Shown: positions 18,501 through 29,014, numbered from the stretch's first letter. The stretch: 60,843 bases of DNA from a bacterium (candidate division B38) B3_B38 (GCA_005223145.1 NJBL01000003.1:1-60843); one strand, 5' to 3'. Notes: a model not told the origin generated them from the letters alone. A program made the numbers and translations.

Positions 18501-18724
18501 AGTTTTTTCTCCTGGCGATAAAATGCCCTTCTGAGGTAAATAGCATTTCCCCCTTTTTTCATCCAGTTTGTCCTGCTTTTCTCACCAAGTGGAGTTTATC
18601 AGAGGAAGAGAGGCAATGCAATCTTTTCATCTCCTCTGAGTTTCGCTGGAGAATGCTCATTCACCAGAAATTGCTTGATTTTAACCCCCTCTTCTTTGTA
18701 TAATTTGCACCATAGGAGAGAATT

Positions 18725-20275
18725 ATGAGTATTGAAAAGAAGATAGAAGAATTATATCAAAAGATAAAAGCAGCAGAGGAGGGGGGTGGAAAGGAGCGGG
18801 TCGAACGGCAGCATAAAAGTGGCAAGCTGACCGCCCGGGAGCGCATAGCTCTTTTGCTTGATGAAGGGAGCTTTCAGGAGCTGGACAAATTGGCGACCCA
18901 TCGTTGCATCGATTTCGGCATGGAAAAGAACAAGATTCCCGGGGATGGCGTAGTCACCGGCTACGGAACCATAAACGGCAGGCTGGTCTATGTCTTCGTC
19001 CAGGATTTCACAGTCTTTGGTGGTTCCCTGAGCGAGACCTATGCGGCTAAGATATGCAAGATAATGGACCTGGCGATGAAGATGGGTGCCCCCATAATAG
19101 GACTTAATGATTCCGGTGGTGCTCGCATCCAGGAGGGTGTGATGAGCCTGGCAGGCTATGCTGATATATTTCTGCGCAATACCCTTGCCTCAGGGGTAAT
19201 CCCCCAGATATCTGCCATCATGGGTCCCTGCGCCGGGGGTGCGGTTTACTCTCCCGCCATCACCGATTTTATCGTCATGGTCAAAGATACCAGCTATATG
19301 TTCATAACCGGACCCGATGTCATAAAGGCGGTAACCCATGAAAAGGTAACCAAGGTCGAGCTGGGGGGTGCCCTCACCCACAATAAGACAAGCGGGGTTG
19401 CTCATTTCGCCGTAGAAGACGACCGGGCTTGTCTGGCTACCATCCGCGAGCTCTTAAGCTTCATCCCCGACAACAATCGGGAGGACCCGCCCCGGATTCC
19501 CACCGAAGACCGCCCCGACCGTCTTGAGGAAGCGCTGAACACCAATGTTCCCGACAACCCCAATCTCCCATACGATATGAAGGAGATAATCAAGCTGGTG
19601 GTGGATGACAACTATTTCTTTGAGGTTCATGAGCACTTTGCTCAGAACATGATCGTTGGGTTTGCCCGGCTAAACGGCTATTCGGTGGGAGTGGTGGCTA
19701 ACCAGCCGGCGGTTCTGGCAGGAACCCTTGATATCAACGCCTCGCTTAAGGGGGCTCGCTTTGTCCGCTTCTGCGATGCCTTCAACATCCCTCTGATTGT
19801 CTTTGAGGATGTGCCAGGGTTCCTTCCCGGGACCGACCAGGAGTATGGCGGGATTATCAAGCATGGGGCGAAGCTCCTCTATGCTTTTGCCGAAGCCACC
19901 GTTCCCAAGATAACGGTCATCACCCGGAAAGCCTATGGGGGTGCCTATTGTGTTATGGCGAGCAAACATATCCGCACCGATATCAACTACGCCTACCCAA
20001 GCGCCGAGATCGCCGTTATGGGTCCTGAGGGAGCGGTCAATATAATATATCGCCGGGAGATAAGTGATGCTGCAGACCCCACCTCTTATGAAGAGAATAA
20101 GGTCGCTGAATTCCGGGAGAAGTTCGCCAACCCGTATGTGGCAGCCGAACGGGGATTTATAGATGAGGTGATAGAACCCAAATACACCCGCCCCAAGTTA
20201 ATCGCAGCTCTGAATTCCCTGCTCAACAAGGTCGACCGGAACCCACCAAAAAAGCACGGTAATATCCCTCTCTAA
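18725..20275 (+). CDS. pccB: Acyl-CoA (propionyl/methylmalonyl-CoA) carboxyltransferase beta subunit
   Basis: Motifs [36 protein letters not shown] and PKKHGNIPL. Confidence 0.9.
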   Translation: MSIEKKIEELYQKIKAAEEGGGKERVERQHKSGKLTARERIALLLDEGSFQELDKLATHRCIDFGMEKNKIPGDGVVTGYGTINGRLVYVFVQDFTVFGGSLSETYAAKICKIMDLAMKMGAPIIGLNDSGGARIQEGVMSLAGYADIFLRNTLASGVIPQISAIMGPCAGGAVYSPAITDFIVMVKDTSYMFITGPDVIKAVTHEKVTKVELGGALTHNKTSGVAHFAVEDDRACLATIRELLSFIPDNNREDPPRIPTEDRPDRLEEALNTNVPDNPNLPYDMKEIIKLVVDDNYFFEVHEHFAQNMIVGFARLNGYSVGVVANQPAVLAGTLDINASLKGARFVRFCDAFNIPLIVFEDVPGFLPGTDQEYGGIIKHGAKLLYAFAEATVPKITVITRKAYGGAYCVMASKHIRTDINYAYPSAEIAVMGPEGAVNIIYRREISDAADPTSYEENKVAEFREKFANPYVAAERGFIDEVIEPKYTRPKLIAALNSLLNKVDRNPPKKHGNIPL

Positions 20276-20330
20276 CATTTTCTTCTATCTTTTCTACCTA
20301 TGGTGAGCTTTTTTTAAGGAGGGTGAATGC

Positions 20331-20852
20331 ATGGATGTGATGGAGGCTATCTGCAAAAGGTGGAGTGTCCGCCACTACCTCGATAAACCTGTAGAGGAGG
20401 AGAAGCTAACCAGGGTGCTGGAAGCCGCCCGCTTGGCTCCCTCTGCCTGCAACTTGCAGGAGTGGCGTTTTGTGGTGGTCCGCTCTGCGGAGACCCGCCA
20501 GAAGCTGATGGTGGCTGCCAATCGCCAGAAATTTGTGGCAGAGGCTCCCGTGGTAATAGCCGCCTGCGCGGAGACCGATAATTATGTGATGCGCTGTGGA
20601 CAGCTCGCCTATCCAATTGATGTGGCTATTGCGGTGGACCATATCACCATGAAGGCGGTCGAGGAGGGGCTGGGCACTTGCTGGGTCGGCTCCTTCTACG
20701 AGGATGAGGTGCGTAAAATCCTCGGCATACCACCGCAGATAAGAGTGGTGCAGCTCCTTACCCTCGGTTATCCTGCAGAGGAGCCGCCGCGAAATAAGTC
20801 GCGCAAAGCTTTGGGGGAGATTGTAATGCGGGAGAGATGGGGAGGTAAATAG
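20331..20852 (+). CDS. Nitroreductase-family protein
   Basis: Motifs RWSVRHY, APSACNLQEWRF and GLGTCWVG. Confidence 0.9.
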   Translation: MDVMEAICKRWSVRHYLDKPVEEEKLTRVLEAARLAPSACNLQEWRFVVVRSAETRQKLMVAANRQKFVAEAPVVIAACAETDNYVMRCGQLAYPIDVAIAVDHITMKAVEEGLGTCWVGSFYEDEVRKILGIPPQIRVVQLLTLGYPAEEPPRNKSRKALGEIVMRERWGGK

Positions 20853-20900
20853 CTCCCCCTTTTCCAAAAAGTGCTTTCTTCTTGGGGAGGATTTTTGCTA

Positions 20901-21635
20901 ATGGCAAGAGTGAAGATAGTTCATCTGTCCGATATACATGTCAGCAGGCAATACTTCAGCGATGAGCTGGGGGAGAAGGTCATCCGTCAGGTCAACCAGA
21001 TGGAGCCCTCATGCGTGGTCTTGAGTGGCGACCTGACCGACGATGGCTACTATCCTGAATATGTAGAAGCCAAAAGCTACATCGACCGAATTGAGGCGGA
21101 GAACAAAGTCATCGTCCCGGGGAATCACGACTCCCGCAATGCGGGCGACAAGCTGTTTGACGAGCTATTCAGCACCCGCTATCCGGTCTGCACCTTGGAT
21201 GATGTCAAGATTGTGGGGGTTGACTCCAGCGAGCCCGACCTTGATGATGGGCACATCGGCAGGATAGCCTATCCATTTATAAAGGAGAACCTCAGCGGTG
21301 AGGACTTCAAGATTCTGGTTCTCCACCACCACCTGATTCCGGTTCCCGACACCGGAAGGGAGCGGAACATACCGGTTGATGCCGGTGATGTGCTAAAGCT
21401 GATTTCCGAGCTAAGGGTCGACCTGGTGCTGTGCGGGCACAAGCATGTCCCCTGGCTGTGGGTTCTCAACGGTATCGTCTTCCTTTACGCCGGCACCGCA
21501 ACCACCCTGCGCATCAAAGCCCACATTGAGCAGTCTTACAACTACATTGAGCTTGAGCCCGGCAGGGAATTGACAATCTACCGCGTCTCATCTGCCACTG
21601 GGCAAAAGAAACTTGTATATAAAATACAACTTTGA
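20901..21635 (+). CDS. Metallophosphoesterase (calcineurin-like)
   Basis: Motifs HLSDIH, SGDLTD, PGNHD, LHHH and GHKH. ATG 20901 follows a GGAGG. Confidence 0.9.
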   Translation: MARVKIVHLSDIHVSRQYFSDELGEKVIRQVNQMEPSCVVLSGDLTDDGYYPEYVEAKSYIDRIEAENKVIVPGNHDSRNAGDKLFDELFSTRYPVCTLDDVKIVGVDSSEPDLDDGHIGRIAYPFIKENLSGEDFKILVLHHHLIPVPDTGRERNIPVDAGDVLKLISELRVDLVLCGHKHVPWLWVLNGIVFLYAGTATTLRIKAHIEQSYNYIELEPGRELTIYRVSSATGQKKLVYKIQL

Positions 21636-21676
21636 TACAATAGCACACAAGATTTACTTACTGCTTTTCATTACTT

Positions 21677-22054
21677 GTGATGAAAATAGAAGCCGAGAGA
21701 TGGTGGAAACAGGCGGAGTCTGACCTGGAGACTGCTGAGTTCAATTTGAATGGGAGAAGACTTAGCGCGGCAGCTTTTTATATTCAGCAAAGTGTTGAGA
21801 AGGCTTTGAAAGCTTTATACTTAGAGATGTTCAGCGAATTGTTAAAAACTCATAATATAGTATTCTTGGCAGGGAAGTTAAACCTTCCTGAAAATTTAAT
21901 AAAGATATGCGATAATATCAATCCTATTTATACGGCAACACGGTATCCAGATTCAGCGGAGTTTATCCCTGAGGAGAATTTATTTGAAGAGGATTTAAAA
22001 ATGATGTTAGAGGGAGCCCAGGAAATTCTAAAATGGATAAAAAAAAGGCTTTAA
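21677..22054 (+). CDS. HEPN-domain protein
   Basis: Pattern QAESDL...QQSVEKALKAL...KTHN...RYPD. Confidence 0.85.
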   Translation: MMKIEAERWWKQAESDLETAEFNLNGRRLSAAAFYIQQSVEKALKALYLEMFSELLKTHNIVFLAGKLNLPENLIKICDNINPIYTATRYPDSAEFIPEENLFEEDLKMMLEGAQEILKWIKKRL

Positions 22055-22353
22055 TACAACAACTTAAAGAGTTTAAGAGGAAATTATCCCGGAAATTGCC
22101 GATTGAGAAGATGATTCTCTTCGGCTCTCGGGCGAGGGGGGAGTTCAGAGCTCACAGCGATGTAGACCTGCTTATCGTCTCCCCTGAATTTAAGGGGGTA
22201 AAATCCTATAAGAGACCTCTATCTTTTTATGAAGAATGGCACATAGATTTGCCTTTTGAGTTCATCTGCCTTACACCCGAGGAGCTCAAAGAGAAAAGCC
22301 AGCAGATTACCATCATCAGAGAGGCAGTGAACGAAGGGATAGAGATTTTATAA
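22033..22353 (+). CDS. Minimal nucleotidyltransferase (MNT)
   Basis: Motif LFGSRARG...DVDL. It overlaps the HEPN gene by 22 nt. Confidence 0.88.
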   Translation: MDKKKALIQQLKEFKRKLSRKLPIEKMILFGSRARGEFRAHSDVDLLIVSPEFKGVKSYKRPLSFYEEWHIDLPFEFICLTPEELKEKSQQITIIREAVNEGIEIL

Positions 22354-22366
22354 TTTTTATTTTAAA

Positions 22367-23425
22367 ATGAAAGAATTCATCTATAAATATAGAGAATATC
22401 AAATTACAGGTGGATTTATAAAAGGGGAATCGCGTCCAATTCCATTGCATATATATGAATATAATGTTTATAGTAATGGCAAACATCTATTTAGTTTTCT
22501 TTTCGCAGTTGTTATACCTTGGTCATGGCATAGATTTCCTGATGAAAAAACTCGACCTGATTTGATAAGAAAAGAAGGCTTTGACTTAGCTTGCGGGTTG
22601 ATAGATACTGAAAAATATAATGAATCTAAGAAATATAAATCTGAAATAGTAGATGAATTTCCAAGATTTAATGCCCAAAGATATGAATTACCAAAGGAGA
22701 GTGAGATAGCGGATGACGTGAAAATACGATTTGAGATTTTAAAGGCTCTATGCAAAATACGAAGAGAAAACCCAGAGTCTTTTGAAACAGCAGAATTTAA
22801 TGAAGATGGATTTTGCAAGGTATTAAGAATTTCAAAAGCTGATTTTTCATATGCTATTGGCTGTCTTGAAGAGGAAGGGTTGATTAATATTAAAAACGAT
22901 AAAAAATCTATAACGATAAAGGGAGTTAGGGAGGTTGAGCAAGGAAACTATAAATATAGAATCATTGACCATATTACCTCGGAGATTCAGAAATCTGTGC
23001 ATAATAGATTAAATGAAATTAACCCAGATATTTTTAATAGATTAGTAAATATTAAACAGCAGTTAATTGAAGAAAAGAAGGATTTTAAATGGCAACAGGT
23101 GGCTTTTGAATGCAGAGATATAATTCAAGACTTTACACATTATTTATATAGACCAGAATATTTACTTGAGGGTGAAAAAGCCCCCAAAAAATCTGAAACA
23201 AAAAGGAAACTGAAGTTTATCTTGCAAAATAGGCTCAATAACTCTGAAAATACTGAAAGAGAGCTGCTTGAAGGCTTAATTGAATATCTTTATAAGTATT
23301 TTGATTGCCTAAATGAATTGATTCAAAAGGGAGTTCATGAAGATATTGAAAAACCCAATGCCCAAAGATGCCTTATATATACATATTTGTTCATTGGAGA
23401 TGTTCTAAGATTAACTAAGATATAA
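22367..23425 (+). CDS. AT-rich hypothetical protein, possible anti-phage/Abi-like
   Basis: 352 aa. It has a central winged-helix-like segment (CLEEEGLINI...ITIKG) and a helical C-terminal domain (WQQVAFECRDIIQDF...ETERELL). It is visibly more AT-rich than its flanks. Confidence 0.6.
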   Translation: MKEFIYKYREYQITGGFIKGESRPIPLHIYEYNVYSNGKHLFSFLFAVVIPWSWHRFPDEKTRPDLIRKEGFDLACGLIDTEKYNESKKYKSEIVDEFPRFNAQRYELPKESEIADDVKIRFEILKALCKIRRENPESFETAEFNEDGFCKVLRISKADFSYAIGCLEEEGLINIKNDKKSITIKGVREVEQGNYKYRIIDHITSEIQKSVHNRLNEINPDIFNRLVNIKQQLIEEKKDFKWQQVAFECRDIIQDFTHYLYRPEYLLEGEKAPKKSETKRKLKFILQNRLNNSENTERELLEGLIEYLYKYFDCLNELIQKGVHEDIEKPNAQRCLIYTYLFIGDVLRLTKI

Positions 23426-23433
23426 TTATAATC

Positions 23434-24948
23434 ATGTTTAAAAAGGTTCTGGTTGCCAATCGGGGGGAGATTGCCATCCGGGTCATGCGTGCCTGTCGGG
23501 AGATGGGCATGGGGACGGTGGCGGTTTATTCCGAAGCCGACCGGCAGGCGCTCCATCTGCGCTTTGCCGACGAAGCCTACCTCATTGGTCCGCCGCCATC
23601 GGCGGAGAGCTATCTCCGCACTGATAAGATAATAGAGGTAGCCAAAAGCTCCGGTGCTCAGGCCATTCATCCCGGCTATGGTTTTCTGGCCGAGAATCCC
23701 AAATTTCCCCTCGCCTGTCAGGAAGCCGGTCTGGTGTTCATCGGTCCCTCGGCGGAGTCCATCCGGCTGATAGGGAGCAAGCTCACCTCCCGGCGTATGA
23801 TGACCGAAGCCGGCGTGCCCGTGGTGCCGGGCACCTGCGAGGGGGTAGGTTCCCTGGAGCAGCTCGGGGATATAGCCAGCAAGGTCGGTTTTCCCCTGAT
23901 GCTTAAGGCGGCTACCGGCGGAGGGGGGAAGGGCTTGCGCCTGGTGCATGGCGAGGAGGAGCTTGCCAGCGCATACCGGGCCACCCGTTCTGAATCCCAG
24001 TCCTCCTTCGGCGATGACACCATCTATGTGGAGAAGTATCTTGATTGCCCCCGGCACATCGAGTTCCAGGTGTTAGCCGACCAGCACGGCAACTGCATCC
24101 ATCTGGGCGAGAGGGAGTGTTCCATCCAGCGCCGCCATCAGAAGATTATAGAGGAGTCCCCCTCGCCGATGATGACCCCCGAACTCAGGAAGAAGATGGG
24201 GGAGATGGCCATACGGGCAGCCCGGGCGGTTTGTTATTACAGCGCCGGCACAGTGGAGTTTCTGGTGGATGGTAACGGGGACTTCTATTTTCTGGAGATG
24301 AACACCCGCTTGCAGGTGGAGCACCCGGTAACCGAGCTGGTGACCGGCATCGACCTGGTGAAAGCCCAGCTGCTGATAGCCGAGGGGAAGCCGCTACCTT
24401 GGAAGCAGGAGGATATTCACCAGCGAGGGGCGGCTATTGAGTGCCGTATCTACGCTGAAGACCCCGACAACAACTTCCTCCCCTCACCGGGAAAGATTTT
24501 AGGGCTGACCATCCCTGCTGGTCCCGGCATCAGGGACGATGGGGGAATTTACGAAGGCTACGAGGTTCCCATCTATTACGACCCCCTTCTCTCCAAACTG
24601 GTCGCCTGGGGCAGCGACCGGCAGGAGGCAGTCCAGCGGATAAGGAGGGCGTTGCAGGAATACAAGATTGTGGGAATTAAGACCAATCTCCCCTTCCTGA
24701 GGAAGATACTGGAGCACAAAGCCTTTATAAAAGGGGAGATTGATACGCATTTCATCAACCGCCATATAACCGCGGGGACGATGGAGGAGGTGCCCGCCGC
24801 CCTGAGGGAGGTGGCGGTCATCGCGGCTGCCATCCATGCCTACGAGCGGGAAATTAACCGAACTCAACAGCCTGCCCGTTCATCTCAGCAAAAGATAAGC
24901 CGCTGGAAGGAAGCAGGGCGACAAGCATTTCTTCACCAGAATAGGTGA
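23434..24948 (+). CDS. accC: Biotin carboxylase
   Basis: Motifs ANRGEIA, HPGYGFLAEN, GGGGKG, RECSIQRRHQK and EMNTRLQVEH. Confidence 0.93.
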   Translation: MFKKVLVANRGEIAIRVMRACREMGMGTVAVYSEADRQALHLRFADEAYLIGPPPSAESYLRTDKIIEVAKSSGAQAIHPGYGFLAENPKFPLACQEAGLVFIGPSAESIRLIGSKLTSRRMMTEAGVPVVPGTCEGVGSLEQLGDIASKVGFPLMLKAATGGGGKGLRLVHGEEELASAYRATRSESQSSFGDDTIYVEKYLDCPRHIEFQVLADQHGNCIHLGERECSIQRRHQKIIEESPSPMMTPELRKKMGEMAIRAARAVCYYSAGTVEFLVDGNGDFYFLEMNTRLQVEHPVTELVTGIDLVKAQLLIAEGKPLPWKQEDIHQRGAAIECRIYAEDPDNNFLPSPGKILGLTIPAGPGIRDDGGIYEGYEVPIYYDPLLSKLVAWGSDRQEAVQRIRRALQEYKIVGIKTNLPFLRKILEHKAFIKGEIDTHFINRHITAGTMEEVPAALREVAVIAAAIHAYEREINRTQQPARSSQQKISRWKEAGRQAFLHQNR

Positions 24949-25000
24949 TACAGAGGATAAGGTACATGTCTCCGGAGAGAAAGATAGTTAGGGATTAATT

Positions 25001-25501
25001 ATGATTTTTGAGGCAAACCTTGGTCAGGAACGCTACCTGGTAGAGATAGCCAGGGAAGGTGAGGTTTACAATATAAAGATAAAAGATAAAGAGTATGTAG
25101 CCGATGTCAGAAAGATAGGCGAAGCCCTTTACTCCCTTCTGATAAACAACCATTCCTATGATGTGGAGATAAGGTCAAACAGATACTCACATTCGGTGGT
25201 TCTGCGAGAGGGGTGTTTTCAAGTGGATGTTTACAGCCAGAGGGAAGGGAGGATGGGGGTGAGTGGAGCCCCACTGGAGATGCTGGGAAAGGTGGATGTG
25301 TGCTCCCCTATGCCCGGGCGAGTGGTGAAGATATTGAAAGAGGTTGACGAGCAGGTGAGAGAGGGGGAGGGGGTTATCGTGGTGGAAGCGATGAAGATGG
25401 AGAACGAACTCCGCTCTCCCAAGGAAGGAAGGGTGCTCGAAATTCGTGTTGCTGAGGGAAAAGCGGTAAATGCTGGAGAGGTGCTGGTGGTGGTGGAGTA
25501 A
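25001..25501 (+). CDS. Biotin carboxyl carrier protein
   Basis: Motifs SPMPG and EAMKMENE. Confidence 0.92.
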   Translation: MIFEANLGQERYLVEIAREGEVYNIKIKDKEYVADVRKIGEALYSLLINNHSYDVEIRSNRYSHSVVLREGCFQVDVYSQREGRMGVSGAPLEMLGKVDVCSPMPGRVVKILKEVDEQVREGEGVIVVEAMKMENELRSPKEGRVLEIRVAEGKAVNAGEVLVVVE

Positions 25502-25570
25502 TGAATGGGAAAATTTTTTGGTATTTTCAAGAAAAAGATTAAAGGTCGGCAATTGAGAAAGGAGGCGAGC

Positions 25571-26374
25571 ATGATAAGGAAACCGGCGGTCGGGGATAGG
25601 TTCTATCCGGCAGACCCTCACCTCCTGCGGGCAGAGATTGCCCGATATGTGGCAGAAGAAGTGAAGAAGAAGCCAGTAATAGCGCTAATGGCACCTCATG
25701 CCGGTTATATCTATTCGGGGGAAGTTGCTGGAGTTGCCTATTCCGCTGTGAAGCTGCCCGGCACATTCGTTATACTCTGCCCGAACCACACCGGTATCGG
25801 AAGCCCGGCTGCCATAATGACCGAAGGAGTCTGGCGGATGCCGATGGGGGATGTGTCGGTTAATGAAGGGTTAGCCAAGGATATTCTGAGCAGCTCAACG
25901 CTGTTAAAAGATGACCATAGGGCTCATCTCCACGAGCACTCTCTGGAGGTGCAACTCCCATTTATCCAGTATTTCGTCTCCGAGCTCAGCCTTATACCCA
26001 TCAGCCTCATGACCCAGCAATGGGGGGAGCTGAAGGAGATTGGCGAAGCGGTAGCGGCAGGGGTCAAGGGATTCGGAGAAGAGGTGATGCTGGTAGCCAG
26101 CAGTGATATGACCCATTACGAATCCCAGGAACAGGCAGAGACAAAAGACCGCATGGCGATAGATAAAATACTCACCTTAGACCCCCAGGGTCTTCTGGAG
26201 ACAGTGAGGTTTAATAATATATCCATGTGTGGGGTTGGTCCTATGGTGGCAACCCTGGTTGCCGCCAAGGAGCTGGGGGCGAGCAAAGCCGAGCTGGTTA
26301 AATACGACACCTCAGGCAGAGTAAGCGGTGATTACGACCAGGTGGTGGGCTACGCGGGTATCATCATTTACTGA
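25571..26374 (+). CDS. AmmeMemoRadiSam protein B (MEMO1 family)
   Basis: Motifs PHAGYIYSG, PNHTG, EHSLEVQLPF, SSDMTHY and SMCG. The likely start is ATG 25571. Confidence 0.88.
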   Translation: MIRKPAVGDRFYPADPHLLRAEIARYVAEEVKKKPVIALMAPHAGYIYSGEVAGVAYSAVKLPGTFVILCPNHTGIGSPAAIMTEGVWRMPMGDVSVNEGLAKDILSSSTLLKDDHRAHLHEHSLEVQLPFIQYFVSELSLIPISLMTQQWGELKEIGEAVAAGVKGFGEEVMLVASSDMTHYESQEQAETKDRMAIDKILTLDPQGLLETVRFNNISMCGVGPMVATLVAAKELGASKAELVKYDTSGRVSGDYDQVVGYAGIIIY

Positions 26375-26376
26375 AA

Positions 26377-27039
26377 GTGGGGATTTTCCTGTTGCCACGA
26401 CATAAGGGAAAGTTCATAACCTTTGAAGGGGTGGAGGGCTCTGGTAAGACGACACAAGCTCGTTTGTTAGGGGAGTATCTTTCCTCCCTGAGGATACCGG
26501 TAGTGGTGACCAGGGAGCCGGGGGGGACGGACATAGGGGAGCAGATCAGGCAGATTTTGTTAGATTCGGACAACAGGGGGATGACCCCAGAGACAGAGAT
26601 TTTGCTCTATGCCGCCAGCCGAGCGCAGCATATTAGGGAGAGGATAATTCCCGCCCTGGACAGCGGTCGATGGGTAATATGCGACAGATATTCCGATGCG
26701 ACCATTGCCTATCAGGGATATGGACGGGGGTTGGACCTGGGATTGATAGCCGAACTTAACCGTTTGGTCTCATTGGAGTTGGAGCCCGATTTGACCATCT
26801 TGCTGGACCTCGATGTGCAGGAAGGACTAAAGCGGGCAAGGAAAAGAGGAGAAGGGGGAAACCTCCGGGAAGGGAGATTTGAAGAGGAGGGAGTAGCCTT
26901 TCATCAACGGGTTAGGGAAGGGTACCAGGAGCTGGAAAGACGATATCCGGAGCGAATAAAGACCATTTCGGCGGAGGGGAGCATCGAGGAGGTTAACAGG
27001 AGGGTAATTGAGATTGTGTCTGTCCTTTTGAAGAGCTGA
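26377..27039 (+). CDS. tmk: Thymidylate kinase
   Basis: Motifs FITFEGVEGSGKTTQ, TREPGG and CDRY. Confidence 0.95.
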   Translation: MGIFLLPRHKGKFITFEGVEGSGKTTQARLLGEYLSSLRIPVVVTREPGGTDIGEQIRQILLDSDNRGMTPETEILLYAASRAQHIRERIIPALDSGRWVICDRYSDATIAYQGYGRGLDLGLIAELNRLVSLELEPDLTILLDLDVQEGLKRARKRGEGGNLREGRFEEEGVAFHQRVREGYQELERRYPERIKTISAEGSIEEVNRRVIEIVSVLLKS

Positions 27040-27055
27040 CAGGGTTTAATTAACG

Positions 27056-28087
27056 ATGTCCTTTGCTACTTTTATCGGCAACCAGCATATCAGGGATGGG
27101 ATACAGCAAGCTTTGAAGAGCAACTCCCTCCCTCATGCCTATATCTTCCACGGACCCGAAGGGGTGGGCAAGAGGACTCTGGCATTAATTCTGGCTAAGT
27201 CCCTTAATTGCTTGAACCTGAAAGACGATTGCTGCGACAAATGTAACAGTTGCTACAAGATAGATAAGGGTCTTCATCCCGATGTCCGCCTTTTGCTTCC
27301 CGGGGGGAAAGTAAGCATCTCAATAGAGCAAATGAGGGGAGAGATTAGGCGAACTATCTATCTCAAGCCCATGGAGGGAAGGAAGCGGGTTTATATCATA
27401 GATGAGGCGGAGAGGATGACCGCCGAGGCAGCCAATTCTCTGTTGAAGACCCTGGAGGAGCCTCCGTCAGCCGCTATTCTTATCTTGCTCACCACGTCCT
27501 ACCTTTCGCTTCTCCCCACCATCCGCTCCCGGTGTCAGGCTTTGAGATTCTCCTCTATAAGGAGGGAGGAGCTCAGGGATTTTCTGGTTAAGACGTACGA
27601 CTACTCTGAGGAAAAGGCTTCTCATATCTCTGAGCTGTCAGAGGGGAGTGTGGGGATAGCCAGCGCTATGGACCCGCATCTTATGGCTCTTCAACAAAAG
27701 AAGATGGTCTCTCTGGTAGAGCTGCTCCTTGAGGGGGATAACCTGAAGGTGGTTTTAGAGGAAGCATCCCGCTTTGTGAGAGAGAAGGGCGAGAAGAGGG
27801 AGCTGGAGGAGATGGAGGCGAAACTTCTCAACCTGGGGGGAGTCTTTCGTGACCTGATGGTCCTCTCCTCCGGAGGGGATAGGAACCTTCTCGTCAACAA
27901 GGGTGGGGAAGAAGAATTGGCACGATTGGCAAAAAAAGTCGATAAGGAGGAGGCTCTCCAGATAGTTGAAGAAGTCTACCAGGCTCTGGTAGCTCTGAGA
28001 AGAAATGCAAATCCTAAGCTGCTGGCAGAAGCTCTCTTTCTCCATATAAACCAGATTACCCGGAGAAGGGGGGTTGCCAGCAAATAA
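27056..28087 (+). CDS. holB: DNA polymerase III subunit delta'
   Basis: GPEGVGK, a Zn-cluster Cys motif, DEAERMT...ANSLLKTLEEP and TIRSRC. Confidence 0.92.
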   Translation: MSFATFIGNQHIRDGIQQALKSNSLPHAYIFHGPEGVGKRTLALILAKSLNCLNLKDDCCDKCNSCYKIDKGLHPDVRLLLPGGKVSISIEQMRGEIRRTIYLKPMEGRKRVYIIDEAERMTAEAANSLLKTLEEPPSAAILILLTTSYLSLLPTIRSRCQALRFSSIRREELRDFLVKTYDYSEEKASHISELSEGSVGIASAMDPHLMALQQKKMVSLVELLLEGDNLKVVLEEASRFVREKGEKRELEEMEAKLLNLGGVFRDLMVLSSGGDRNLLVNKGGEEELARLAKKVDKEEALQIVEEVYQALVALRRNANPKLLAEALFLHINQITRRRGVASK

Positions 28088-28117
28088 GCTCATTTTTATA
28101 AAAATAGGTTAAAATAT

Positions 28118-28756
28118 ATGGTAAAAATTGCAGGTGTGCGGTTTGATAAGGAGGGTATAGTATACTTTTTTCGATCGGATACCATCGAGGTAAGAAAAGA
28201 GGACTGCTGTATTGTAGAGGAGGAAGATGGGGAGAAGCTGGGCACTGTGGTGATGGGAACCATGTCGGCAGCGAAAGCGTGCATCGTGGAGGCTCTGCCC
28301 TCGATAGTCCGATTGGCAACCGATACGGACAGAGAGAATTTTAATAAGCTCCAGGAAAGGGAGAGAAAGGCTTTTGATTTTTGCCAAAAAAGAATCCTGC
28401 AGAGAGACCTCCCTATGAAATTGGTCAAGGTCAAGTATATCAACAATGGAGAGAAGGTTATCTTCTATTTCAGGGCAGAGGGGAGGGTCGACTTCCGGGA
28501 TCTGGTGAAGGACTTAGCTCAGAGGTTTAGGGTGAGGATTGAGTTGAAGCAGATTGGAGTAAGGGACGAAGCTAAGGTTCTCCAGGGGTTTGGTCCCTGC
28601 GGGCGTCCCTTTTGCTGTGCCTCTTTCCTTAAAGAATTTTGCCCTATTTCCATAAGGATGGCAAAAAAGCAAAACATGATATTGAACCCCTCCAAGATTT
28701 CCGGAGTATGTGGGAAACTGATGTGTTGTCTAAGTTACGAGAATAGGGAAGAGTAA
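28118..28756 (+). CDS. PSP1-domain (RicT/YaaT-like) protein
   Basis: Motifs RVDFRDLVKDL, QIGVRDEA, GPCGRPFCC and SGVCGKLMCCL. It sits in tmk-holB synteny. Confidence 0.9.
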   Translation: MVKIAGVRFDKEGIVYFFRSDTIEVRKEDCCIVEEEDGEKLGTVVMGTMSAAKACIVEALPSIVRLATDTDRENFNKLQERERKAFDFCQKRILQRDLPMKLVKVKYINNGEKVIFYFRAEGRVDFRDLVKDLAQRFRVRIELKQIGVRDEAKVLQGFGPCGRPFCCASFLKEFCPISIRMAKKQNMILNPSKISGVCGKLMCCLSYENREE

Positions 28757-28812
28757 AGGGAGGGAAATAAAGGCTTCTCCATATCCGAAAGGCCTAAGAT
28801 AAAACTTTTTTC

Positions 28813-28841
28813 TTGCATTAAGCTAAATTTTATATTATACT
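28813..28841 (+). promoter_or_regulatory. Sigma70-type promoter upstream of Hfq-like gene
   Basis: TTGCAT-17 nt-TATACT. Confidence 0.7.
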
Positions 28842-28878
28842 AATAAAGTATTAAAATTGTGCAATAAATTGCCGTGCT

Positions 28879-29014
28879 CTGAGATTTTTGCGAGCCTTCA
28901 GACTCGCTAACCCCTCAGGAGAAATAACCTCCCGAAAGAAGGGAGGAATAGGCTTTATCCTTCGCGAAAAAGCCATTTCCGAGCTAAAGGGGTAGAGATG
29001 CCCCAAAGACGGAA
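28879..29014 (+). ncRNA. Candidate structured leader/cis-regulatory RNA
   Basis: Four consecutive helices: CTGAG/CTCAG enclosing GCGAG/CTCGC; CCTCCC/GGGAGG; GGCTTT/AAAGCC; and TTCCG/CGGAA enclosing GGGG/CCCC. Confidence 0.4.

Noticed and set aside
28921-28975. c-di-GMP-I riboswitch (GAAA-loop hairpin resemblance)
   Set aside because: The GCAAAC and GACGCAAAGC consensus segments are absent. It is kept only as an unknown structured leader.
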